64,000 nt of DNA from Bdellovibrionales bacterium (GTDB lineage Bacteria > Bdellovibrionota > Bdellovibrionia > Bdellovibrionales > UBA1609), in assembly GCA_965200875.1 (NCBI GenBank), contig OZ241456.1:544001-608000 (forward strand), read 5' to 3'. The position numbers and the translations under genes were made by a program. Below, piece by piece: positions 48,465 to 57,725 of the stretch. Below the pieces are notes generated by a model. The model searched no databases, had not been told where the DNA came from, and was given only the letters and a program-made list of their open reading frames with translations. Every line of letters starts with the position of its first letter. Positions within the stretch are counted from its first letter, which is position 1.

Positions 48465-51400
48465 AGGAAGTTTCTTTTTTATCAGGATTAAGTGACGCTT
48501 TAAAGCGATCTCAAAAATCCGATATTTGCACAGCTTATTTTAACCTGCGGGGTTGGAAAAAAATTGCCTCCTTCATTGACGCATACAAAGGAGAGGAAGG
48601 TAATCAGTGTCGTCTTCTTTTGGGAATGTACGGCCCTAGTTGGCAGTTAAGACAGGAGCTTTTACAGGATGAATCAATATGGCAAACAGATAATAAAAAA
48701 GCCCGAAGACTAAGAACAGAAGCTCTTAAACAATTTAAAAATCAGTTAATGACAGGTGTTCCCTCCAATGAAGATGAAAAGGGTTTAAGAAAACTGGCGC
48801 ACCAGTTAAGAGAGAAAAAAGTAACAGTAAAATGTTTTACCCGTCATCCTCTTCACGCCAAACTTTACTTGACTTTTAATCAAAAAGAATTTGCCGGCAC
48901 TATAGGGTTTTTGGGAAGTAGTAACTTAACTTACGCCGGGTTGGAAAAAAACGGAGAGCTTAATATAGATATTTTGGATCAACCGTCTTGTGAAAACTTA
49001 AGCAAGTGGTTTGAAGAGAAATGGCAGGATCAATTCAGCCTAGATATATCACAAGACATTATCACACTTATTGAGAAAAGCTGGGCTGGGGAAGTTCTTT
49101 TGCCTCCTTGGCATATTTATATGAAAATGGCTTGGCATCTTTCAGAGGACGCAAGAAAGGGACTGACAGATTTTTATATACCAAAAGAGCTAAAAAATGT
49201 TCTTTTTGATTTTCAATCCGCCGCGGTTCGTATAGCCGCCCGTCATGTCTATTATAAAAACGGAGTTTTAATTGGCGATGTGGTGGGGTTAGGAAAAACT
49301 CTTATGGCCATAGCCACAGCTAAAATCTTAGAAGAAGAGCATGGTTGGCAAAGCCTTATTTTGTGCCCCAAGAATTTGGCGACTATGTGGGATGAGCATA
49401 TTCAAAAATGGAATATTAGAGGAAGGGTGCTCCCCATAAGTCAAGTGCAACAAAAGCTCCCTTCACTGAAAAGACATCATATTGTTATTATAGATGAAAG
49501 TCATAATTTAAGAAATCCCCTTGGAAGAAGATATCAAGTTGTTAAGGATTATATTGCTCAAAATGATAGCAAATGTATTTTGCTTTCAGCCACCCCTTAC
49601 AATAAAACCTATAAGGATTTATCCAGTCAATTAGGGCTTTTTATTGATTCTGATACAGATTTAGGAGTTCGTCCTCATCGGTTTTTAAAAGACGATGGAG
49701 ATAATTTTGAAGGGCTTGTTTCTTCCTTAAAAGCCTTTGAGGAATCTCCGTATCCCGAAGATTGGCAACAGCTTATGGTTCAATTTTTAGTACGCAGAAC
49801 ACGGAGCTTTATTAAGGAAAACTATGGAAAAAAAAGTAAAAATGGTGGGTATTATATAGAGACTACTGCGGATGGAAAAAAGTTTTTTCCAGAAAGAATT
49901 GCCAAAACTGTTTCCTATCAAGTGGATGAGCAATATAAGAGACTTTTTTCGGAAGAGGTTTTAGCCATGATTAATAATCTGAAACTCGCCAGATATGATT
50001 TAAACCAATATAAAAAGAAAGATTTAAAAGGACTTACAACAGAAGAAAAAAATCTTTTTAAAGACTTGGAACGTTCCCGCGCTCATCCAAAAGGTTTTTG
50101 CCGGATTAACCTGTTTAAAAGGCTTGAGAGCAGTGGTTTTTCCTTTCTGCAATCCGTCCAGAGACATATTTTAAGAAATTGTATTTTTATTTACGCTTTT
50201 GAAACAGGGCAAGACCTTATAGTAGGTGAAAAAGGCGGTGAAGTTATTGCTGACGCTTTTGATGATAAAGAGGGAGGTATGACTGGTTTTTCTGGAGAGA
50301 ATGAAGAGGCAAGCTGGTTTTTCACAAACTTTGATTCCTTCTATAAAAAAGCTGAGGAGGTTTATAAAAAATATAAAAATAAAAATAGCAAAAGCCTGCG
50401 TTGGATTTCCTCTTCTTATTTTAGAGATACCTTAAAAGAAGATTTAAAAAAAGATGTAGAGCAATTTATTTCCCTCTTGAAAAAGTCAAAGAACTGGAAC
50501 TCTGAAAAAGATTTAAAGTTACAAAAACTTGAAGAATTATTAAAACAAAGAAAAGAAAACAAAGTTTTGATTTTTACTCAGTCCAGAGAAACAGCAAAGT
50601 ATTTAAGAAATCAGCTTCAGTCCAGAGGTTTGAAGAATACAGCTTTTATAACGGGAGGAATGGATAATATTCAAACAATTACAAAAAAATTCAGCCCTGT
50701 CAGTAATGATTTTAATATAACAGAATCCCAGGATTCTGAAATTGATATTTTAATCACAACGGATGTTTTAAGTGAGGGGCAAAACCTTCAGGATTGTAAT
50801 ACTGTGGTAAATTATGATCTTCCTTGGGCTATTATCAAGCTCATTCAAAGAGTAGGAAGAATTGACCGCATTGGCCAGTCAGCGGAAAAAATTTTCTGCT
50901 ATTCCTTCATGCCTTCTGCTGGCTTAGAACACCTGATACAATTAAGAAGTCGTATTCAAAATCGGCTTAGGGAAAATGCAGAAGTAGTAGGAACGGATGA
51001 GCAGTTTTTTGAAGATGAGAAACAAACTTTAATGGACTTGTATCACGAGAAGTCAGAAATTTTGGAAAAGGAGATATCAGATGATGTTGATCTTTCTTCT
51101 TTTGCTTTGGAGATATGGAATAAAGGCATAAAAAAAGACCCGGGGTTGGAGGAACAAATTAAAAATATGCCGGATGTAGTGCATTCCTCAAAAGCTACTG
51201 AAAAGGAAAACCAAACTGAAGGGGTTTTACTTTTTGCAAAATCCCATATAAATAATTATTTGCTTTATCTTAATGAGGAAGGAAAAAGCATTCAAGAGGA
51301 TCAAATGAATATTTTAAAGCTGGCAGAATGCCAACCAGATACAAAGCCCTTAAAAAGAACAGAAAAACATTATGAAATAGTTAAGTCTGGTTTGGATACT

Positions 51401-51727
51401 ATTCAGGAATATTCTGGAAAAGAAGGCTTATCCAACAAACTGGGAACAAGCCGAAACCCTAGGAGAAAGCTTTTTGAAAAACTGGATAACATTCTTAAAA
51501 AAAGTGAAGAAGAAACACAAATCATGGAGGACATTTATCATTATCCTTTGTCTAATGAAGCGGAGAATACTTTTAAAAGAATGTTCAGACAAAAGATATC
51601 AGATACAGAGGTTTTTAACCTTATCCGGGAAAAACATAGAAATGAAACTCTTGTCAATAAAAAGGAAGCTAGGAAAATGGACGAAAAACCTCGGATTATA
51701 TGTTCAATGGGACTTTTAAAATCCTGA
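48452..51727 (+). CDS. PLD-domain / SNF2-family helicase (DrmD-like or RM-associated), probably 5'-clipped
   Basis: AYFNLRGW, LHAKLY, GSSNLT, GDVVGLGKT, IDESHNLRN, LSATP, SEGQNLQ, QRVGRIDRIG. Confidence 0.88.
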   Translation: MQKTKEVSFLSGLSDALKRSQKSDICTAYFNLRGWKKIASFIDAYKGEEGNQCRLLLGMYGPSWQLRQELLQDESIWQTDNKKARRLRTEALKQFKNQLMTGVPSNEDEKGLRKLAHQLREKKVTVKCFTRHPLHAKLYLTFNQKEFAGTIGFLGSSNLTYAGLEKNGELNIDILDQPSCENLSKWFEEKWQDQFSLDISQDIITLIEKSWAGEVLLPPWHIYMKMAWHLSEDARKGLTDFYIPKELKNVLFDFQSAAVRIAARHVYYKNGVLIGDVVGLGKTLMAIATAKILEEEHGWQSLILCPKNLATMWDEHIQKWNIRGRVLPISQVQQKLPSLKRHHIVIIDESHNLRNPLGRRYQVVKDYIAQNDSKCILLSATPYNKTYKDLSSQLGLFIDSDTDLGVRPHRFLKDDGDNFEGLVSSLKAFEESPYPEDWQQLMVQFLVRRTRSFIKENYGKKSKNGGYYIETTADGKKFFPERIAKTVSYQVDEQYKRLFSEEVLAMINNLKLARYDLNQYKKKDLKGLTTEEKNLFKDLERSRAHPKGFCRINLFKRLESSGFSFLQSVQRHILRNCIFIYAFETGQDLIVGEKGGEVIADAFDDKEGGMTGFSGENEEASWFFTNFDSFYKKAEEVYKKYKNKNSKSLRWISSSYFRDTLKEDLKKDVEQFISLLKKSKNWNSEKDLKLQKLEELLKQRKENKVLIFTQSRETAKYLRNQLQSRGLKNTAFITGGMDNIQTITKKFSPVSNDFNITESQDSEIDILITTDVLSEGQNLQDCNTVVNYDLPWAIIKLIQRVGRIDRIGQSAEKIFCYSFMPSAGLEHLIQLRSRIQNRLRENAEVVGTDEQFFEDEKQTLMDLYHEKSEILEKEISDDVDLSSFALEIWNKGIKKDPGLEEQIKNMPDVVHSSKATEKENQTEGVLLFAKSHINNYLLYLNEEGKSIQEDQMNILKLAECQPDTKPLKRTEKHYEIVKSGLDTIQEYSGKEGLSNKLGTSRNPRRKLFEKLDNILKKSEEETQIMEDIYHYPLSNEAENTFKRMFRQKISDTEVFNLIREKHRNETLVNKKEARKMDEKPRIICSMGLLKS

Positions 51728-51774
51728 TTGCTTCCTCGTGAAAAGGACTCATCTAAAGCACGAAGGCTTAAGGA

Positions 51775-52833
51775 TTAAGGTTGTTCCAACATTAATTCCC
51801 GGATAGTGGAAACTATATCATCCGCTTGTGGAACAGTGGCTTTTTCCAAGTTGGGATGAAGACCAATACCTGGTAGATTTTTACCTGCCAACACACGAGG
51901 AGCGGAATATAAAGAGTAAAAACATTCTTGGCCTGCTCTATAGGCTAAATGTTCCGCAAAGTTACTGACCTCTGTATCCTCATTTACAAACAACACCCTC
52001 TTGGTTTTTAAAATGGAAGTTTTGATCAAATTCCAGTCATAAGGGTAAATGGATCTCATATCAATTAACTCCACCCCTGTTTTTTCTTTATCTGTCAGTT
52101 TTTCCAGAGCTTTGCGACATAAATACAAAGAACGGCCAAAACTCACCACTGTCAATGAAGAACCTGATTGAATCACCTGACCTTTACCGATAGGTATGCT
52201 GTATTTTTCCAACTTTGGCCACTGTGGTTCCCAGTCTTGTCGATCGCCTAAAGGTGCGTCTATCATTTTTCGTAATTGATTTTCATCTTCAGGTTCTCCA
52301 GGAATTTTATCCTTCCCTTTAACCCGCAACAACGCCTTGGGTTTCAAGTACAATACTGGGTTTGGATTTTCAATAGCTGATAACATAAGGCCGTAAGCAG
52401 ACAAAGGATCTGAAGGCATTACTATTTGCCAGCCAGGTAAACGGCTTGCCCAGGATTCAAAACTGTGGCTGTGATAAATGGAACCATGAATACCAGCACC
52501 TGTTGGAGTCATTAATACAAAAGGAAGAGCATATTGTCCGTTTGAAGACCACAGACAATTTCCTGCTAGTTTTAAAAGATCAATCGTATTAAAAATGTAA
52601 TCGGCAAACTGCACTTCTGCCACAGAGCGTTCACCTGTAAGAGCAATACCAATAGCTGTGCCTACGATACCTCTTTCATCTAAAGGTGTGTTCCATGCTG
52701 TTTTTAAGCCTTGAGTGGCTGTAAACACTCCACCTAAAGGGGGGCCTACATCCTGGCCAAAAATGTCTTTCAGCTGGAGATGTTTCTCTCCATAATGCAA
52801 AGCCATTCTAATCGCTTGTGCCATGTTAGCCAT
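51775..52833 (-). CDS. 2-oxoacid (likely branched-chain) dehydrogenase E1 beta subunit
   Basis: FGQDVG..GGVF, NTPLDE, AEVQFADY, HSHSFE, ELIDMRS. Confidence 0.92.
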   Translation of the reverse strand: MANMAQAIRMALHYGEKHLQLKDIFGQDVGPPLGGVFTATQGLKTAWNTPLDERGIVGTAIGIALTGERSVAEVQFADYIFNTIDLLKLAGNCLWSSNGQYALPFVLMTPTGAGIHGSIYHSHSFESWASRLPGWQIVMPSDPLSAYGLMLSAIENPNPVLYLKPKALLRVKGKDKIPGEPEDENQLRKMIDAPLGDRQDWEPQWPKLEKYSIPIGKGQVIQSGSSLTVVSFGRSLYLCRKALEKLTDKEKTGVELIDMRSIYPYDWNLIKTSILKTKRVLFVNEDTEVSNFAEHLAYRAGQECFYSLYSAPRVLAGKNLPGIGLHPNLEKATVPQADDIVSTIRELMLEQP

Positions 52834-52907
52834 ATTGTTTTTCAGGTTGCACTACAGAACTGGTTTGTATGCAATGAATACCCGATCCCCTTTCAACCAC
52901 TTATGTT

Positions 52908-53915
52908 TCAAAATTTTCTCCAATCGGCATTTTCACCATTTGCGTATACATGATTCCATATAGAGTCCGGTGCAGGATCTTTTTCCTGTTGAACTTCCCG
53001 TTGAATATTTTTAGCTTCTTCCTTTAAAGACTCCCATGTATTTTTTTGCTCTTTTTCTGTAAGCAAATTCATTTTTTTTAATTTTTTTTCGAACAAGGCA
53101 ATACAACACACTTCACTTTTCTTGTAATTAGCACCATCTGCGGAGGAATGCCCGTATAAACGAGATACAAAAGCCTCCATTAAAACCGGATAACGTGTCT
53201 CGCGGATATATTGCATTTTCTCTTTTAAGGTAATATAAGTTTCAATGGGGTCATTGCCATTGATCAACACTGTTTCCATATTAAAGGCTTTTCCTCGATC
53301 CACGATATGTGTTTCTCCATGTTGACCTTTGTAAGCAGTGGAAATGCCCCACTTGTTGTTTTGAACCGTAATAAGCATGGGTAGAGGACGATTCGGTTTG
53401 GAAGCCCATACCAAGCAAGTGGCAAAGTCCCCTTCCGCTGTTCCGGCATCTCCTCCTGTCACAACAGTGATGGCAGAAGTTTGGGAACGGCTTTGAACAT
53501 GGGCTGTGCCCAAGGCCGTGCTGTACTGAGAACCAATAACAGATGTCACGGGTGCTACATTCCACTCAGGTACGCAATAATGATTGGAAAAATTTCTGCC
53601 TCCTGTGTGTTTGTCCGTTGCCTTATTCATAATTAAACGCACTGCCTCTTTCATCGGAAGATCCATTGCCATCAAAGTGGATGTTGCACGATAATGCAGA
53701 TGAAGCCAATCATATTCCAAACCAGAACCTTTTTTGACCAGCAATCCCAATGGAACACCAAAAGCTTCTTCCCCAGGACCTCCTATCCAGAAATAAGCTT
53801 GGCCTTGTTTGTAAATTTGGATCATTCTTTCTTCCAGAACCCGGGATTTCACCATTAAATGATATATTTTCAGTAATGTTTCAGGAGTAATTGATAAATC
53901 AGATGTTTTTTCCAT
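52908..53915 (-). CDS. 2-oxoacid (likely branched-chain) dehydrogenase E1 alpha subunit
   Basis: ThDP motif GDAGTAEGDF...QNNKWGIST; RLYGHSSAD. Confidence 0.92.
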   Translation of the reverse strand: MEKTSDLSITPETLLKIYHLMVKSRVLEERMIQIYKQGQAYFWIGGPGEEAFGVPLGLLVKKGSGLEYDWLHLHYRATSTLMAMDLPMKEAVRLIMNKATDKHTGGRNFSNHYCVPEWNVAPVTSVIGSQYSTALGTAHVQSRSQTSAITVVTGGDAGTAEGDFATCLVWASKPNRPLPMLITVQNNKWGISTAYKGQHGETHIVDRGKAFNMETVLINGNDPIETYITLKEKMQYIRETRYPVLMEAFVSRLYGHSSADGANYKKSEVCCIALFEKKLKKMNLLTEKEQKNTWESLKEEAKNIQREVQQEKDPAPDSIWNHVYANGENADWRKF

Positions 53916-54168
53916 AATTTATTATTTTAATCAGAAAAGTGGTTCTCAGTCCCGACAGGGTTTGTCATTTCTGTAGATGTTCAGTAATTCGTTGACAGAA
54001 TTTAGTTTATTGTAGTCGGTCCTGAATAAACGATGAAACTTTGCTATCACTGATTTTTTTATAAAAGGTTTGGGAAAAAATTGCAAGGTTTTACAATAAA
54101 ACCTTTTTTTTCTTGCAAAAAGTGTTAGTGAAAGAAGCTCCTCTTACTAAACGGACTTATTCAAGATC

Positions 54169-54257
54169 GACTATTTAATAGACACTTCTGAAGGTCTTGG
54201 TAACTGTAAATTTAATAGACAGCAATAAAGTGACTATTTAATAGACAGCAATAAAGT
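54169..54257. repeat. Three direct repeats of ATTTAATAGACA upstream of the gliding operon
   Basis: Cores at 54173, 54210 and 54236; the last two extend to a 22-bp identity. Confidence 0.7.
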
Positions 54258-54369
54258 TATCCTTTGGTTTATAAAGCTCCGCGTAAATTATAGTCTTAGC
54301 TTGTCAAATAAGGATATAGTGTTTGAGAATTTAAATATGGAATGCATGAAAGCAAAATCTCAACACCAA

Positions 54370-54521
54370 GTAGTGGTCTTTGAAAGAGTATGTTATTTTG
54401 ACTGGATTCCCGTTTTCACGGGACTGAAAAGCCAACAACTTGGCTGTTCAGTTGATATAAAAAACCTTTTTCACAGGGTACTAGGTAGTGGTCTTTGAAA
54501 GAGTATGTTATTTTGACTGGA
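54370..54521. mobile_element. MITE-like element of the 46203 family followed by a repeat of its left end
   Basis: GGATTCCCGTTTTCACGGGACTGAAAAGCCAACAACTT core; TAGTGGTCTTTGAAAGAGTATGTTATTTTGACTGGA occurs twice. Confidence 0.65.
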
Positions 54522-54628
54522 CCTTGCAGTGTCTGAAGTTTTAAACTGGAGGAGTTATCTTATTTCAAGTTTTTGTTTCTTTTATTAAAGTCATTGGAAA
54601 GAGGTTCGTCTTTTGTCTCTTTTTTTCA

Positions 54629-55366
54629 ATGTTTTTTTCTGTACCAGTATGGTCTGCGGTTATTCAGTTTCCTGATCAGGAACTGGCTTCAGAATATGTT
54701 TTTCCAATATTTAAAAGTCCAAAGGCAGTATTAAACAGGGATGTTACTTTGACCAACCGGGTTGAGTTGCGTATGTCTGGTGCTTTGAGGACAGATGAGC
54801 CTTTTTACAACCCTTATAGTGCTTTGGCGTCTTTGTCTTTTTATTGGAATGAATCTCATGGAATTGGAATGTCTGGTCTGTTTTTTCTCCCCGGGCTTTC
54901 CAATACGGGAAAGGGATTGAAAGAAATAGGAATAAAGACATCAGATAGACAATCGGTGGACTCTTATTATGATGCGAGTCTGGCTCCTCATCCTTTTATA
55001 GGAGCTTTTTTAAATTATCAATTTTCTCCTTTCTATGGGAAAATCAGTATTACCAAAAGTCTTGTTTTTAATTTTTCTCTGTATTCTTTTTTTGGTTTAG
55101 GGACCCTGGGAATGCAACATGGAGAAGGCAATATTATTATGATTCCAGCCTCTCATTTTGGAATTGGTCAAAGATTTTACTTTAATCGTTATTTTGCCTT
55201 GGATGGAGGGATTGATTTTCTGATATATCATGCTCCTAATCCTGTATATGAAGGCATTAAGTGGACGCCCTCTCAACAGCGCCCGGCGCGCCCAGAGTAT
55301 GACAAATTTGAAAAAGATATTTTTCTGAGATTTTTAGCTCGTATTGGAATAACAGTGCTTTTATGA
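54629..55366 (+). CDS. Outer membrane beta-barrel protein of the gliding cluster (GltA/B/H-like)
   Basis: FSPFYGKIS, HFGIGQRFYF; first gene of a Glt-like operon. Confidence 0.75.
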   Translation: MFFSVPVWSAVIQFPDQELASEYVFPIFKSPKAVLNRDVTLTNRVELRMSGALRTDEPFYNPYSALASLSFYWNESHGIGMSGLFFLPGLSNTGKGLKEIGIKTSDRQSVDSYYDASLAPHPFIGAFLNYQFSPFYGKISITKSLVFNFSLYSFFGLGTLGMQHGEGNIIMIPASHFGIGQRFYFNRYFALDGGIDFLIYHAPNPVYEGIKWTPSQQRPARPEYDKFEKDIFLRFLARIGITVLL

Positions 55367-56157
55367 AGTGGAGTGACATGAGAAAGAAAGTGATAATAGT
55401 AAAAACAATCTTATTCATGTTGTTTGTTCTTGCTGTTCCTGTTTTGTCTTGTGCTCAAGAAGGAACATATAATGAAGAAGAGATAGATTCCCCTGATGAG
55501 ACCTTTTTGAACAGAGTGAAAGCTCTCAATGCCAAAAAATTATCTGATTTGGTGTATCTTTCTCCTTTTTCTGATGTGGCTGTTATTCAACGGCGGTTTA
55601 TGCCAAAAACCGGTCGTGTATCCGCTTCTTTATCGTCCGCTTTTATTTTAAGCAGTGAATACTTTTTAAATCCAGGGGTGGAAGGACATTTAAGTTATCA
55701 TTTTTTAGAAAAGCACGGCATAGAATTAAGCGGTTATTATGTTTTAACTTTTAATCGAGGAGTGACAAATAATTTAGCCACCATTGGTGCTAATGTGTCT
55801 GAAACACTGCCTATTGCCAATACTTTTTTCGGATTAACTTATAAATGGATGCCAGTTTATGGAAAGATTGCTTTTTATAATAAAAGTATTTTGGCTTTTG
55901 ACACTTTTTTTAACTTGGGTTTGGGTATGAGTGGAATTAATAAAAAGAGATCCAAAAACGAGAGAGTGGTAGTTTGGGAACCAACTGTTATCGCTGGTAT
56001 TGGTCAAGTATTCGCCATTACAAGAGACTTGGGACTGAGATGGGATCTGAGATGGAATATGACCATTGAAACCCAAAGTGCAAATGTGACTGTTTTGAAT
56101 AATATTTTATTTTCCCTTGGGTTCAGTTATTATTATCCATCTGCGGGGTTGAGATGA
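55363..56157 (+). CDS. Outer membrane beta-barrel protein of the gliding cluster (GltA/B/H-like)
   Basis: AVIQRRFMPKTGR, WMPVYGK, GLRWDLRW. Confidence 0.78.
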   Translation: MKWSDMRKKVIIVKTILFMLFVLAVPVLSCAQEGTYNEEEIDSPDETFLNRVKALNAKKLSDLVYLSPFSDVAVIQRRFMPKTGRVSASLSSAFILSSEYFLNPGVEGHLSYHFLEKHGIELSGYYVLTFNRGVTNNLATIGANVSETLPIANTFFGLTYKWMPVYGKIAFYNKSILAFDTFFNLGLGMSGINKKRSKNERVVVWEPTVIAGIGQVFAITRDLGLRWDLRWNMTIETQSANVTVLNNILFSLGFSYYYPSAGLR

Positions 56158-57698
56158 AGAAGGTTGTTTCAAGTGTTTTTTTGAGTTTGATTTTATGTGT
56201 TTCTTTTTCTGTGGAAGGAAAAAGAAAACAAACATTAGGGGATAAACGTCGAAGACAAGTGGGTGCTTTTGTTCAATTAAAACGTGCCCTGAGGCAGTCT
56301 GCTCAGGGAAATTATGTGCTTTCCACAAAAACTTTGTTTCGTTTGATGTACAAGCCAGTTTTATCTAAGCAAAAAAATAAAATCAGATATCATTTGGCTT
56401 TGAACTTGTACAATATGGGTTTGTATCATCCCGCTATCTTTCAATTTCAGAATTTAGTTTCCAGAAAGGCTCCAGGGTATGTGGGAAAAAGTTTGCAAAA
56501 AATTGCGTTGGTGGCCGCTCATTTGAAAGATGATAAGCTTTTAAATCATGCTATTTCTCACGGAAGCTTAAAATATATCTCCCGTAAAGAGCGCAGTAAA
56601 TTACATTATCATTTCGGTGAATATTGGATGCGAAAAAAAAATTTTCGAAGAGCTATTGCTCACTTCTCCCGTGTTAAATCTACCAGTCCTTTTCTTTATA
56701 AAGCACTTTATCAGATGGGTCTGGCTCAAGCGGAGCGGAATCGTGTCAAGCAGGCAATTAGAATTTTCGATAAATTGGAAAATCGCCGAACGGGAGTGAC
56801 AGACAGTTTTCGAATAGCCGCTCTTATGGGAAAAGCCAGAGCTTATTATCAAGGTGGGGAATGGGAGAAATCCGCTATGGCTTATCAGCAAGTTCCGAAA
56901 GACTCTCCCTTATGGCATGATACTTTGTTGGAAAAAAGCTGGGCCCTTTTAAGAGGGGGGAAATTGCGCTCAGCTTTGAGTAATTTTCAAACCCTGCACT
57001 CTTCCTATTACGAAGGATATTACCAACCAGAGTCCTTACTGTTGCGATCTATTATTTATCTTCATATTTGTAAATACTATGAAATGGAAAAAGTATTGGA
57101 TTTATTTCATCGTATTTATCGCTCCACTTATACACAAGTAAAAAATATTATTGCCAATCACCATTCCTTAAAATCTTATTATCAATCATTAATTCTTTCT
57201 ATGGATGGCAAAAATCGGGCTGGCATTATTCAGTATCCTTTGCCTGTGACCCGGCGAATTTCAAGAGAAGGGGATTTTTCGGCTCTTCATCATTATATCA
57301 CGAAGCTGAAAGAGGAGCGGGATTTGATTTATCAGCTACCATATTCCTGGCGCAGATCCATGGTTGGCAAATATTCCACAAAATTAATAAAAAAAAGACT
57401 CAATAATGCTCAAAGGAAAGCGGGTCGTCGTGCACTGTCACACTTGAAAGTGATTCGCGCAGAATTGAAAGGTTTTTTTACTCAAGAACAATATTTACGA
57501 TATGAAATGCTGAGAAGCAAAAGGGGTTTTTTGAAGAAAAAAATTGCTCAAAAGAAAACGACAGGTGTCAATATTGAGGACTTTGATCGGAGCTTTTATA
57601 TTCAAAATGGTTATGAATATTGGCCTTTTCAAGGAGAATATTGGCTGGATGAGCTTGGAAATTATCACTACATAGGTATGGGAAGTTGTAAAAAATAA
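56154..57698 (+). CDS. GltC-like TPR gliding motility protein
   Basis: TPRs and C-terminal EYWPFQGEYWLDELGNY..C motif. Confidence 0.8.
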   Translation: MKKVVSSVFLSLILCVSFSVEGKRKQTLGDKRRRQVGAFVQLKRALRQSAQGNYVLSTKTLFRLMYKPVLSKQKNKIRYHLALNLYNMGLYHPAIFQFQNLVSRKAPGYVGKSLQKIALVAAHLKDDKLLNHAISHGSLKYISRKERSKLHYHFGEYWMRKKNFRRAIAHFSRVKSTSPFLYKALYQMGLAQAERNRVKQAIRIFDKLENRRTGVTDSFRIAALMGKARAYYQGGEWEKSAMAYQQVPKDSPLWHDTLLEKSWALLRGGKLRSALSNFQTLHSSYYEGYYQPESLLLRSIIYLHICKYYEMEKVLDLFHRIYRSTYTQVKNIIANHHSLKSYYQSLILSMDGKNRAGIIQYPLPVTRRISREGDFSALHHYITKLKEERDLIYQLPYSWRRSMVGKYSTKLIKKRLNNAQRKAGRRALSHLKVIRAELKGFFTQEQYLRYEMLRSKRGFLKKKIAQKKTTGVNIEDFDRSFYIQNGYEYWPFQGEYWLDELGNYHYIGMGSCKK

Positions 57699-57725
57699 GG
57701 AAATGGTTTTTCATTTTCAGGTAGG

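Noticed and set aside
46488..51727. Complete DISARM or BREX system
   Set aside because: No drmA/B/C or pglZ/brxC nearby, and the MTase is truncated
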